A stretch of DNA of 64,000 bases from Phoronis australis (lineage: Eukaryota; Animalia; Phoronida): the NCBI GenBank assembly GCA_002633005.1, contig NMRA01000170.1, forward strand, positions 565,007-629,006. The letters are read 5' to 3'. This document shows, piece after piece, positions 39,780-54,700 of this stretch. The translations under genes and the position numbers were made by a program. The first letter of the stretch is position 1. Each line of letters begins with the position of its first letter. The notes under the pieces were generated by a model that worked only from the letters and a program-made list of their open reading frames with translations, ran no database searches and had not been told where the DNA came from.

Positions 39780-42700
39780 TCAGCTGCTACTCCACTCCAG
39801 GCCAAAACTGAGTGCTATGAAGCTGTAGATGTCTGTCAACTCTTCAATCTATAAAAGCAAGCACAACAATAAGTGAATGTATCACGGTGGAAGTCATTGC
39901 TGTAAAAGGCGTGACTGATTAATTAAATGCAGAAAATTTCATGAAATTCTTTCAAGGAACTATAAAGGTACAGAGGCAAAAATAAAATATAACTAGGAGG
40001 CACGGTGGCTGTAGAATCTGTCCATCTTTTGTCAAGTTAATAGGAAATACTGGCCAAAATTCAAAAAGATGTTGCAAGGAGTTTAGGAGATACAGCTGCA
40101 GATGTGAAAAAGTCATATAGGGGGCGCCACAGTAGTTGGACCATCTGAAAATCCATGTCAGTCATGCTTTTGTCACCAGGAACGCGTCTGCCAATTTTTC
40201 ATTTGCTCTGACCAGTTTGGTGGATACAGAAGCAAGCATAAAAAACAACAAAGAGTTCAAGAAATAAGGAATTTCGAGGAATGTCAAGTTTAGTCAAAAT
40301 CCGATCAAAATCTCATCGAAACTAAAGGAGTTAGAGCGGTGACAAGTTGTTAATCTGGACAGATGACAGAACTCGTACCATAACACAGTCCATCCAAGGA
40401 AGAGCGTATAAAAAGGTTCAAGTGTGATCTTGCCAGTGTTAAATGCCTAGCATAGCCTTGGATGAAGCACCACATAAAATTATCCAGCACAGCGACAAAA
40501 TCCATCTACTTGAACAAGAAATAAAACGTTTACTCACCGTTTTAGAAGTGGGTTTTCCAGCACCGTGACCTGACTTGGTGTCCACACGGATTAGCAGAGG
40601 ATTGGTCTGTCAACAAAAACAAAAAACAGGAATGTCAATAAAGTGACCACAATGTCCCATTTCTTTTTTTTTTCTTTTTTTTTTTCCAGAGATATTTATT
40701 AACTCAACCAACCAGTACATAGTTGTGTGACAATATGACATCTAGTTTAGTGTACATCAAACAAATTACGAAACATTATCGGACCCTACAAAAGCTAGTT
40801 AGGCAAAAAAAAGACCACCTTGCCTGGAATCTCTCAAGATCCAATTTATCATTGTAAATAATTTTTTCCAGGTTGTAGTAATCATATACCTCACGTAAAA
40901 ATGACTGAAAATTGGGCTTAGTCTTTTGTAATCTTTGTCTATATAAGTGGAATTTCGCTAAGCAAAGAATTAAATTTACAGCTTCTAATCTACAGGCTGG
41001 GTCTCCAAACAAGGCGGAAGACATATTTAACTGCAGAGGGAAATTGCACTGATTTATCATCCATGTTCTTAAACATCCCCAAAACTTCTGAACAAGTGAA
41101 CATTCCCAATACAAATGTAGAATTGTTTCTTCATGTTGCTCACAGAAAGAACATAAAGACGATTCACTAACACCTATTTTCTTTAAATAAGAGTTTGTAC
41201 CAATAATTCTGTGGTTGATACGGAATTGAAACCATCTGAGTCTGACATCAGAAGTACAATGATAAATTACAGAATGAATTTTTTTCCAAGATTTATTTTC
41301 ATCACATAAGTTAATTTCTCTCTCCCACTTCAATTCTGCGACAGGTTTTACATATAAATTAGAAATAAATACTTCACAGATTTTCCCAGTCCCTTTATTT
41401 TCCGAGGAGATTCGAAAAATATGTTCTGGAAAAAGTGGAGTGACTATAGTACTCTTGTCTCTTAGATGATTCCAAGAATGAAGTATTGAACTTCGAATTC
41501 CATAAAAATGAGTAATACAAGGACAAAATTGAAAACGTTTACAAAAGGTATGATAATCATAAATATATCCCTTATCAGGGTCAATTAAATCGTATACGTA
41601 CCGTATACCCTTTTGAAACCACTCGTTCCAAAAAATTGGATTACTGTCTATACAAATTTTGGGGTTATACCACAAAGGCTGGTACAAAGGATCCTCTATC
41701 TCACAAAGATTGATAAATTCGTATAAGATATAAAAAATATCCTTCCAAAAAATATTTTTAGTACGGTTAGATACTTCAAGGAAAAAACAAGAACCTAACT
41801 GAAAAGAGTCATTTTTTATATTAGGAATAATTTCACATAAAATATTTAGCCAAAGAGAAGTATTGTTATAATAATTTTTCAAGAATCTTCGAATCCAAGT
41901 CAGTTTAATGTCCCATTTCTTAGTTACCTGTAAAGAAATTACTTGAGTTTTGGGAGGTTCACAGACCTGGACATTTTAAGGAACATTGAACTACTGACTG
42001 CACAAGAGGGCAGTGGGTGACGGTTGTAGAACATTATACTGCTAATGTGAAATTTTGGCGACTTCACACGTGACTCGCCTCGATGCCAATGTTGACTTTT
42101 GGCAGCTTAGGTATCAATGTTTATTTTTAGCTGTACACATGGGGACGCTAATAGCAGTTTATGAGTTTACGACATCACTTTATGTCAGTCTCTCGTCAAA
42201 AAAAATGTATAGGAAAAGCCTTTCTCTTTTAAATTTAGAGCGATTTGTTGACACTGATTTGCCTCAACGGCTGGGATCAAAGCTATGGCTTCTACATTCT
42301 GTCGACGATTTCTATCCCAAATTGTTCATGATTTGGACTCAGAAGCGAATTTTCAACTGTCTAACGATGTACGTAAACATTCAGAACCATACCGAGTTTT
42401 AAGTTTCACATTGCAAATGACAACAATTTTCAGGTACTTTTGTGGGTGCATCCAAATTTTTCAATTTCCTTAAAGTTTAATTGGCCCAGGAAGTGCGTCT
42501 CGCTCTACAAAGTTGGCAGCGAAAGAGTTACAAGTTGAAAATTTTGAAAATATGGAGGGTAGCATTCAGGCTAACAAGGTTGTTAACCCAGACAACTACA
42601 GTGGCTCCACCTACCTGTTTTGGCACATTGCCCAATATGTGCTGGAGTTGTGCCATGTATTTCAGTGAATGGAGGGGCACCACTCTGTCATCATGGTCAC

Positions 42701-45700
42701 CAGTCATACAAAGGATGGGAGGGTATTGAATGCCATCACCTTCGGGGACCTTGATGTTGTGAAGTGGAGATATTCTGAAATGGTGTCAGCAATTAAACTA
42801 AAGAGCACAGGCGGTGTTTTATATAAATTGCGTCAGGAATGAAAAGACACAATGACGTGCCCATTACACTAAGCATGTTACTGAAACTGAAACCTTCAAT
42901 AGTAACATTTTCACCAAGAATTATTTCACCAAATTCTCTTGTATCAGACAATCCTTTATTCCTCATAACATTTAACTATAATATAAAATTTAACCCGATT
43001 GTTTGCCATTCACTTATCACAGCTGAAATATTAATAGAAACATCCTACGTCGTCTCAAACAAACGTGCAAACAAGTGATGAAAACCTGACGTAGTGTTCA
43101 AATACAATTTTGTGACCAGAGTTTTTAATCCATGAAGCAACAGTCAAAATAACCACCTGTGCCAACAGTTCAAATATCAGACACTGGATAGAGTGACATC
43201 TAGTGGCAACCACAGAAACTAACTAAGGAGTAAATACATACCGCTATAAGTTTTTGTGATTGCCACTAGATGTTGCCCTACCCTGCATCTATTTAAGCAT
43301 CAAAATTTCTAGTAGCAATTCGATCCCAGTGCAGTTTAGTTTTGTCCTTGAGAATGAACAAGCAAATGTTCGAAGATCTGGACCTAATATAATGCTGTTG
43401 AATTTATGCGTTTTACTTTTGCCTATGTCTACAATCCATCACAAGATTTCATTTCACCTTGTTGAATGCAATGATGTCAAGATCATATGCATTGCACCAC
43501 GTAAGATTTTCAACCCAGCAAAGAAAGGATTGTTATCAATACTAACACGCAAGCATGCACGCACCAAGCCTCAACTTGCTAAACAACGTCCCACTTACTT
43601 AATTAGCCACTTAAAATCCTCACATTTGTCCGAGCAGCCGTAATCGGATGTCCAAGCGTGACCAATAGTGAATTTGTGGAATCGCAACATATCCATCACC
43701 CTGGAACACACAATGGTTCTATCATACACTAGACAGAATAAATAATGCATGAATTAATGAATAAAACCAAAGAACTTATGCTGAAGAGCAAACATATACG
43801 GTGAATGACTTTCCAAGAGGAAAGATGAGTTTTGATGACTACGTTGCCTTCTACAATAACCACGAAAAAGCCAAGAAGTTCCTTACACTGACGATGTAGG
43901 ACACCACAGTATTACTCATAGGAAATACACAGACACCGAGTTGCCTCAAACGATATTATTTCTTACTTTCCAAGTTAAAGTTGATATTAAAATACCAAAA
44001 GAGCTCTTTCAAGTATCTTATGCCAAACATTAATCCGAGAGGGCAGCATCACTGTACCCGTGATCAACATTGTACCCACGATCGACAATCTCAAAATTTT
44101 CTTTGAATAAACAAGTGTTTAACGATCTTACCTGCTACAGTGACTTCTGTTCAAGTATCAGACATTAACAGCTTGCACTGAGCGTGTACCGTCTTGTTTA
44201 CTGAATCGTGCGTGCATAAACACTTGCTGTTGTGAACACCCAGTAATAACAAGTTGAAGTTGCAGAGGAAGCAGACGACTGGTAAGTTTTTATTTTTGAA
44301 AAAATGCAAATCTGAAGCTGCAATGCACATAACTGAAAAGTCCTAAATTTAATTTAATTGAAGTACTACTCATCCGGAAATCAAGAACCATACTTTCGGA
44401 AACGTTGATTTGCAAGAGGTTGATCGTGGGTACACTTTTTTGTCAGCAAAGTGAGTTGCCTTCTGTTGCGTATAAAGTTTTAATCTATTGACCAATTTCT
44501 CCTAGGTGACACCATTTGAAAGCCCAGGAAAATGTTTTTTTAAACTGAGCAAGCTCTTCCAGAAATATCACACAAAAATACATGAAAGTGCAAAATATGG
44601 TAAGAAGATGTTAAGAAATACACTGTTGCTACTATTTGTACAGGAATCAATAACACAGCAACATATCACTAGTCAACAACATAAGAGTCGCAAGAAAATC
44701 TCAAATAATCCAAGAATGATAAGCTGTAGCTTAACTCCTCCTGTTGGTGCAGATGAGAACTACAGACACAATAGTTAAGACAGCATACCCCACTTGTGAA
44801 ATAACACAGCCAAATAGATCAGGTCTTTGATTGGCACAAGCCCCCATCAGCAAGCCACCGTTTGAGCCACCCTGTATGGCGATCCTAAAAGTAAACAAAA
44901 AAGAATCCAAATAATGTTCAGGGACTCATGTTAAGAATAACAACATCTAACAGGGCTCAACATTAAAGTGAGTTAACGCTCAAAAATACGAGGGGAAAGA
45001 GAAAAATATGAGTAGAAAAGTGACCTCACTCGTAAAGTTGCTGAGCAGAAATTCGGCTATTTTGATTGGCCCTTTTTAGGAGCCTAAATGCAGAAATACG
45101 AGTGACAAATACGCGATCACTCGTATTTTTCTGTGTCCTGTGTCGAGCACTGTCAAATTATGAAAATCTTTTCCATTTAGAACAGTTTACATCTTTGGCT
45201 TAAATATGAAACATCTCATTATAGTTCAACCTGATTACACAAGGGCAACGTGAAGCGCTGAAATGTGTCCACGGTTGCACCGCAAATGGTAGGCTTATAA
45301 AAATATTCATTAGTACCACAAAAATTGCCACTTGATTGTACAGAATCCACCAAACCTGTTAGAAAATTATTGCCAAAGTAGTTAAACCCATTAAAAAATC
45401 AATGACTGCCGTGCTCTTGCCAGTAGCAACAACTGAATCAAATTCTCAAAATGATCTCTTCAGCAGTTTGGCGAACAGAAGGGCAGAAGGCAAAAACGGA
45501 CTCGAAAACAATAAAACTGGACACCAGGTGGCGCAGAATACAGTAAATCAGTCCAAAAATGGAAAGACATTGTCATCTGCATAACATAAACCAATTTGCC
45601 AAATTTCAAAATACCTCGAATCTGTCCGAAAACAGGAGGATAACGTCATCTTACTAAAAGATGCCTATAATACGCTAAATTACTGGTATATGAAAATCCA

Positions 45701-48700
45701 TCAAGGACCTTCTCAGATACAGAGATAAACATAAAAAACTAAAATTGCCACTAGGGGGCACAGTGGTAGTCGGATCCGTCCAAAAGTTGGCTCATGCCGT
45801 CTCATTCATGAAAAGACCACATGTTCAAAATTTCATCAACATACATCACAGGGTTTTAGAGATAAAGCAGCAGATGCCGGACGGACGCCAGACGAACGGG
45901 GATGACAGCATAATGCACCCACATTATTTATATGCGGGTGCATTATGCTGTCATCCCTGATCAAAAATGAGGTGCCCTCGTCTCCTCAATACATACCTAG
46001 TGTATTTACCATTATGATTTCATGAAAATAATCAAGGAACTCCAAAGAGGCAAAGGTAAAAAATTAAAATTGCCACTAGGATAGATAATTTGACATTTTA
46101 GGTGGAATACCGTTACTTAATGGGCAATTTCACTAAGAGCAAACGTTTACCAGATCTTTCAAGAAAAGGAATGTTTACTAGTATCCAAAGGCTTTCCTAA
46201 ACCCTTATACAGCAGCATCTTTGAAAGACATTGTTTCGGATCATGTTTTGGGTGTGATACCCTCCGTTTTGTCTTTTTAACACGAGGAGTCTGCATGCGT
46301 TCCTAATTAAACATGATGACACTATGGACCGAATGTAGTTCATTAATTGCTTTAACAAGATTCACCACCACTAGCTTGGTTTAATCCACTTCGCGACTTC
46401 GGCTTGAACGAATTATTGTTACAGCAGACACAACAAGATGTCACACATTGCTCAATCCTTATTTTTCTAACTGAAACTTAACAGAGTATCAACATTTCTG
46501 AGTTATTACATAAAGACTGCATAAATAGGTACACAAGGAACATGAAACTAAAGGTTGAGTTTACGTTTTTCAATACTACACAACAACAGCACCTCTTAGT
46601 GTAGGGTTGAGTTTAATTTGCTCAAGATTACAGAACAAAATGTGAACATGCCAATACCTTTTAGCGCACGAGTACTTCTGATCAATAAGAAACTCGGCAG
46701 CGCTCTGGAAATCATCGAAGCAGTTCTGCTTCTTGGCCATTACAGCAGCTTTGTGCCAAGTCTCACCGTATTCACTGAGAAAATAGAATATTAAAGGTCA
46801 CCAAACAATTCATACATCAGCACTATCCCAGTAGCAATGATGTAATGATATTATTTGAGTAAGCTAAGAGTTTTGCCATCCATGCTCAGTGGCCTAGTAG
46901 TTGTTAATGAACAACATAAATAAAGAAAATAAATAAAGAACCACCACATGTCACATCAGCAGCCCAACTTAAAATCATGGGCACATTTTAATTTACATGT
47001 ATGATCTATATGGTTAAAAAATAACTGCAAAGAACTTACCTTTGAAAAAAAATATTTAATATTATTCTCATTATTATCTTTAAACCCTGTTTCCACATCC
47101 AACATGCCCAGATGTTGGCCAGTAAGTATACAGCATTGTGATGTGCACGCATGGTACACATTCACAGATATGTACCCCCCACCCCGAATGTTGGCCAGCT
47201 AGTACACAGCATTGTGTTATGCATGCACGGTACACATTCACAGATACATACCCACCACCCCGAATGTTGGCCAGAGCATAAACTCCATTGTAGTTCTGCA
47301 TGAAAACAATCCTAGACACGCTGAAGTAGGGAGTCAGTGGAATGTTGAAGCCTCCATAGCCGTACAAGAGAACAGGGTGATTGCCCGTCAACTCAAGGCC
47401 CTGTAACAATATGAACACAAGAAAGGATTAAAGTGCCACAATCTGCCTCAACATTGATTGAAATGTACGATCTCCATCAGCAAGTATACAAGTATTTTAA
47501 ACATTTTTAACTGATAAAGCGGCAAGGTTTAATTTCAGTGACGGACTGGCAGCCAATGGTGAGAACAGGTGACCTGAAATAATTAATCATTTTATAGCCC
47601 TAATCAAAGCTAATAACTTCAAGAAGTTTGTACCATTCAACAACAATCCCAAAATGCGTTTTTTTTTCAGCCCTTACACAGAATCTGTCCTTTTAAAGCT
47701 CCTACAAACCATGCTCGGATGTTACAATGTCAATTTTTTTCGCAGACTTAGTTGTTTTTCCCCAGAAACGTCATCCCTTCCTTATCCTATGTTTACATTG
47801 CAATTGGTTTGATACAAAAGACCACCCGGAATTCCTGTCAGTCATACTTGCATGGGAGAATGAAACCAACACACCTTGAGAAGCAACTTCATGTGCCTGG
47901 TTTGAAGCAATTACAACAAAGAGATCATGTCTAATCCGACTATGGAACACAATGAGCCCCACTTTATCACACTTAAGTGGCCTAAATCAAAAGACAGTAT
48001 TTGACTGCCACAAAGTTTTTGAAACTTAGGAGTGCATCATACATAGATGAAGGCGTAGAATAACACAGTGCCCATAGTCTCCGTAACTAGCTCAAGAGGT
48101 GGTTTCCAAACAGGGCAGATGGTGCATAAAAATTGGTCCCGTGACACGGGGCGGCATACTTAACAGGCGCGTGAGGAAGACATTACAAGAATCATTCTGA
48201 CATAAAAGCAAGTTACAAACTGAAAGCATTACAGAAAAGATCTCACCACTGCCAATTATCACAGTTCACTTAAGATACGATACGAAAGCCATTTTCCAAT
48301 ATAGTGGCTACATAACGAAATAAGCTTTTTAAAAGTTTATCGTTAGATGTCAGCTCCACAGAACATTGGCACAAGACACAACAGGTTTGTGTACAGTTTT
48401 ATCTTGAAATAAGAATTTGCCAATATACCACATATTCAGACAAGTAACCCACTTACCAACTTCTGTACATACTTATTTTCATAGCAAATTTTTTATATTA
48501 CCAAGAAAAATACCATTATCATTTCAATTATGAAAATGCAAAATCCGATCGAATCGATAATTCTCAACCGTGTGCAACCCTACTAATTGGACCTCAGATG
48601 ATTTCCAATTTCTCATTATTAGCTACTGGTTTGGTACCACAGTCACATGTCACCCGCATTCTCAAACACAAAGCAATAACTTGACCCTCTTTCAAGTGTA

Positions 48701-51700
48701 CCTGGTCAGAGATATAATTGCTAGTGTTTATCTTACCTTTTTGTGAACTATGAACATTGGGATTTTTGTACCGTCTTTGCTGGGGAAAAACACCTGCTTC
48801 GTTTCGAACAAATCGTGGTTAAAGCCCTTCACTTTAATTTCTCTGAAGACCTGAAAAAAGGACGAGATGACGGTCAATATTCATAAGACACAGAGAAACA
48901 AATTATCGTAGCGCTACTGGCATTTTGAAAGAACAGAGGAAACTGTTCGGGATGGTCGCTTTGTACATTTCAGAAGCTGGTAAATCACTTTTAAAAATCT
49001 GTTAAAAATCCTCACGTCTCTCCCCATTCTAGTTCTGAACAGGTTGGTATAAGAAACCCTTTCGCACTAATTGTCTTCATCATGATAAAGGGCTGCTACT
49101 GTTAGAAAGCAAATGTCTTAAACAGATAATTTCTACCAGATTTTAAAGTGTTTTACCAGCTTCTACATTGAAATTTTATGCATGCCCAAGCTTTCGAATG
49201 CCATCAGTTATCTAAACCCCATCCGGCACTTGACAACTACCATCAACCTGTAATTTGTGAAAATTTAACTATAAAAATTTCACTCTACAGTAAATAGAAG
49301 ATGGTAACTGAGACTACTCAAGCTATTAACAATCCTAGCGGAGAATTAAAATTTGAGCAAAACTCCTATAGACAAATCATGAAAGGGAAAATCTCGTATA
49401 TGTAAATTATATAGTACTCTGGTATTCAAGATATGTCCTATTGGTTGAATCTTGCACTCTCGGCCATTTCATTCACTTTCAGGTATTATTTGCCTTCAAC
49501 TTTGCCGATCTCATGCTTCATAACTCTGACGATAATTTACAAGATATTTTTTACTATCAGCTGATTTTCAGAAGAGGTAATGTTCGAAATCCATAACATT
49601 TCAAAGCCTGTGCGTAGTATGCGGATTATAGATAAATCTTTAACTGTACAGGTGGCAGCTCTGGTGTTGACTCTATTCCAGTACTTACAGTTGGCTTGAG
49701 AGGTTCTTTGGTCAGGTCACAGTGATAGATGATGCCCGGTGACAAGAAGGACATGAATTGGTAGAACAGCTGAAATGCAAGACATTTGAGACAGTTACAC
49801 CAAATACAACAATGGCGACATTAATGACTGGTAAGTGACCGGTTCTTTTTACCAAAACTGAAAAACCATTTGTAAGTTGACCTTACATGGTAACTCACCT
49901 CATGTAAAATCGAATTTCTACAATATGATAAAAGCACTACTCTGACCGCATTAAGTCATAATGCATTTTTGAAACCTTCTTATAGTTAAATGGCCTTGGA
50001 AACAAGACCATAGCCTGAAACAACAATTGCCTCAAACAAAACAAACTGTCAATTCTTCTCAAGTCCATGCATCAGCTCAACAGAACCTCAGAACATACAG
50101 GCTCGGCTAGGAATGGATCCTCAACAGGACCTCAGAACATACTGAGCTCGGCTAGGAATGGATCCTCAACAGGACCTCAGAACATACTGAGCTCGGCTAG
50201 GAATGGATCCTCAACAGGACCTCAGAACATACTGAGCTCGGCTAGGAATGGATCATTAAGAGAATCTCAGAACATACGTAGTGGACGATTTCACAAGTGT
50301 GACAAAAAAAAGATGACGTTGGAGTAAAAATATTAATGAAATTTACCTCAGACTCTTTCTTTCGACCAGACACGCCCACAACTGAGCCAACATCCAATGG
50401 GAATGTGGATAATCTGCCACCTGACTTTAGATCGTACAGATAAAGGACATTCTGCAAAGAAACAATTCACATCATTCATTTTAAAGTGCATAATACATCA
50501 TGGTAACACTTCGTGAGCCTGTATCCTTTCTTTGCACAATTCTGTTTTAACATCATCTATGCACTCTCATTGACTTGACATCCATTTGTCTGGAAATACA
50601 GCCATAAGCAAGTGAGATCTTTCAAGGCCACGTACAACGCCTTTTAACTGAGTTTTATTTGAAAATCAAAACTTTTATTTTAGTTCATGATTTGGGTTGG
50701 AGCCGTTTTCAAGAATTTTAATATTACATGTTCGCAACACACAATACCAACCGTGGATCAAGTGGAGTTCATTAGATTGTTCATACAACTTGATGTGCCA
50801 CCTCAAACTCAACTTATGGCAGCTTAAAGATATTCATTCCAATTAAAAACTTCATAAAACAGGTTTTATCGCTAGTAAGGTCAGTCAAAACTTAAGCTCA
50901 AATAATATTTATTCAACACAACTCCAAATAATTTCAAAGTGAACTGAATTTAACGTGAATTTTTCGGTTTGGTGGTGCACAACCACCTAAAATGGCTGTA
51001 ATGAGTCGCAGTGTACTACACGTGCATTATGGGTACTTAATCAACTACCACCAAACAGGACTGAAAATTTTGAAATCTTTCCATTTTAGTGATATTTTTC
51101 GACTGACAAAACTCATCCAGTGTTCTAAACTGGAGGATGTAAAGGAAAATGTATCTTTAAGATCCGCCATTTTGACATGACCAGATTAACATTGTACAGT
51201 GTTTTAAAGCCGTTACTTAAACACTCGTATTTTCAATAAGTGCTCACGCTTGACTTCACATTGGCTTTATTTGATAGGCATGTCCACATAATGACAGAAA
51301 AGGCCACAGGCATGTAAATTTAGTAAAGAGTATTGTTCACAAAACAATTTTTTTCCTCAGAAATTGATTGGTCACACCGCTTGAGCATAACGTAAATTGA
51401 ACAGTATCATATCTTGGTTTCAATAGCTCTTCTAGTCAGAAAAGTGGGAATATGCAAGTGACATCTACACGGCTGTTTACATAGGCTGTCATAGACAACA
51501 ACATCTGATGCTATGCACCAATTAAGTATCATGTGAAGACTGAGAATAGAGAAATGGGTCATGAAGTCACTTGACATGAAACTCTGTATAACTGTCAGCT
51601 TACCTTAACATCTTGCATGTAGCATAACACCAGTTTATCGCCGTGAACGCACTTGGCCCACTCCAGTACATTAGTGTCCTCTTCGGCCACAAGAGTGGTC

Positions 51701-54700
51701 CAGTTTTCCTGAAACACACAAAGCATGTTGCAAAGATGAGAGAAAGTCCTAGTGACAATCAAGTGTAGTGATGAACAGGTTGCAGTTATGAACAAATAGC
51801 AGTGATAAGCAAATAATGAGCAGGTTGCAGTGATGAACATGCAGCAGTGACGAGCAAGGTGCAGTGATGAGCAAGGTGCAGTGATGAGCAAGGTGCAGTG
51901 ATGAGCAAGGTGCAGTGATGAGCAAGCAATAAGCAAGGCACAATGATGAGCAAGGTGCAATGATGAGCAAGTCGAAGAGATGACCATGTAATAAGCAGGT
52001 TGCAGTGATGAGTATGTAGCAGTGATGATCCAGTTACAGAGACATGCAAGTTGCATTAATGAGCAGGTTGCAATGATGAGCAAGTCAGTAATGAGCAGGT
52101 TACAGTGCTCAGCAAGTTGCAAAAATGAGCAAGTGATATTTTAGCTGAGGAGATTCCTAATTTTTTTCAAATAACAAGTTGAACAAATATAAAAGAAACT
52201 ACACAGGGGACTTGAAAACAATAAATCAGCTCGACAGAAATCACATTCATAACCTCATGGTCGTCTACGTAATGTTTAAACCACAAGATCAGTCAGCACT
52301 AATTTTCTAGCAAAACCAATTCCACCTACCTGTTCAGGTTTGGCCAGGTCTATGTTGATGAGCTTGTATTTGGGAGCATTGAGGTTGGTCTTAAAGGTGA
52401 AAACAGTTCCCTCATTGGTTATGAACTGAAAAATCAAATAAGATATCCATGGTACCTGGGATTGATAATGAAGGATTTGATACAGCAGTTTTGGAAGGAC
52501 TACAAAATGTGCTTTTTATTCCATTTCATAACTACAAGTTTAGTACAAAGAATAGAAAAATATTGCCCAGAATCGGAATGACATAATATCTGAACAACTG
52601 CCTAATGAACAGAAGTGAAAAATATTGATCAACTCACTGTTTTCCACAAACACATATTTTGAACATTAAACACAACAGCTTTAAATTATTTCTAAAATAT
52701 TACAATAATATTTAATGCTTGTACAGTTTGTCATACTAAATAAATTCAGGACACTAACAAGTCAACACCCTTTCAATAACAAACTTGGTATTGGTACCAT
52801 ATATGTACTAACCTCCTTCAAAGGATTTTCTGTTCAAAAGCTATAAGTTCACATATAACCATAACAGGAAGTTTATGTATTTAGCCAATATCTACAATTA
52901 TATAGAATTTATATTTTTTGTTGGCAAAAGTATATATATTTTTTAAAGAGGAAAGTGTGAAGTGTTCAATTTTGAACTTTTACCAATCTGTCAAAGATTG
53001 GACCATGTGACCATGTGTTTTTAGAAACATTTTAAAAGTATTAATAATGGGAGCAAATGATTCAATATTCAAGTTGAAATCTCAAAAGTATCGTCAGTTT
53101 CCTAAATTATCTTGTCATTATGCAACTTCATTTTTTCACGAACCCATAAAAGTTATGCCATTTTAAGATAAAATAAAACAATTCCAAATCACAGTATTTG
53201 AAAGTTTCATTTGAATCTGACCAAGCCATTTCTGAGACACAATGTGCCGAAGTTAGCCAGGAAACTGACATTTTCAGAGACTTTCATGCAAAGAAATTAG
53301 GGGGTGGAAACGATTCCATGTCCATGCCTCTAAATCCAGCAACAATACTCTAAACCCCAGTTCCGGACCAGCAGATGTCAAACCCTCACTACAAATCCCA
53401 CAGTGGAAGTCATCTATCAAAAACGAACCTCGTACTCAGCATCAAAATTGTCCACCACTTTAACCCATGGAAGAAGACCTACAAAAACAAAATAAGGTGT
53501 TTATTTTTAAAGTAAAACATGATATTTTTAATTTCTTTAGCTACACACAATGATAAAACTATTGATGGCTAGCGTATACTATTGATCGCATTTGGCAGCG
53601 ACCACAAGACACAGCAATAAACTATTAAAGGGTCGTGCACACATGCATTGATCCCATTTGGCAGAGACTCAAAGTCACAGTAATAAAACTATTGAAGGAT
53701 AGTGCATACCATCGATGCCATTTGGCAGTGACTCCATGTCACAGTAATAAAACCGGTTCACTGGCTCACAGTCCTCTACGACACTCATAATGATGTAGCG
53801 GCCACAATCACTCATTTCCACTCCGCTGGAAATGAAAATGAATACAAAAATGTTAGTAAGCAATATATGACGGTATAAAAATTATCAGAAAAAACAACCT
53901 CCTGGTAGATTTTTTGTAGTAAACCCCACAAAAAGACAGAAAATTCAAATGTTCAGAGTCACTAGCACTCTGCCATAGCTGCGGAAAGCAAAAAGGGTAC
54001 AATGTCCAAAAAATTCCAGGAAACCCTGAGCTAAGATGGATTTTTTTCAGTAAATCAAACGTCAAGAGAGACATTTCAAATTCCTCTCATCACATCCCTG
54101 CCTAAAAGAAGTACAATAATACTGTTTCCCGTCATTACGGTCAATTCTGTACACCTTCAAAATGACTGGTAATGACGATTGAGGTGTCAAAATTTTAGTT
54201 ACAGAACGGCTTATCCACCTTACTCTCTTTTTTCATTAATTGAGGTTAATCTGACAGTGAATTCGACCTCTGCCCAGCCGTCGTAACGAGAAAAATTCCG
54301 GGTCATTTTGTCTGAATAGTTTTAAGCAACATGTCTGAAGCTGCTTACCCCATCCACTTTGGGTTGTCCGGGAACTCGGCACACAGGACGTCCTCTGATT
54401 GCGCAGTACCAATGCGGTGGTAGTATAACTTCTGGTGTAAGTTGCTCGTCGTTTCTGTGCCATCAGTTTTCCCATCCTGATCCGGAAAAGACTGAAACAG
54501 ACCGACATCCACCCATCACTGACAGTTGGCAACAACAAAATGAAAACAGAGCACATTTTCCATTTTACAAAACGATTTGGCCAGGAAAGATTCCAAAATG
54601 GACTAATCTCAAAAGCTGTATATATGTAATGTAGTTACTGAAATTCCAATATTTAACACTAAACACCAGTTGCAATTAAGTCTTCACGGGCCAAAAACCC

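Noticed and set aside
50067-50327. Repetitive [18 protein letters not shown], and a possible CRISPR-like array
   Set aside because: It is a 45-bp head-to-tail minisatellite with no unique spacers, in a eukaryotic intron antisense to PREP.
51595-52122. His/Cys-rich ORFs ([17 protein letters not shown] repeats) that look like metal-binding proteins
   Set aside because: They are translations of a 17-bp minisatellite that is open in several frames. Only 51708-51604 is a real PREP exon.
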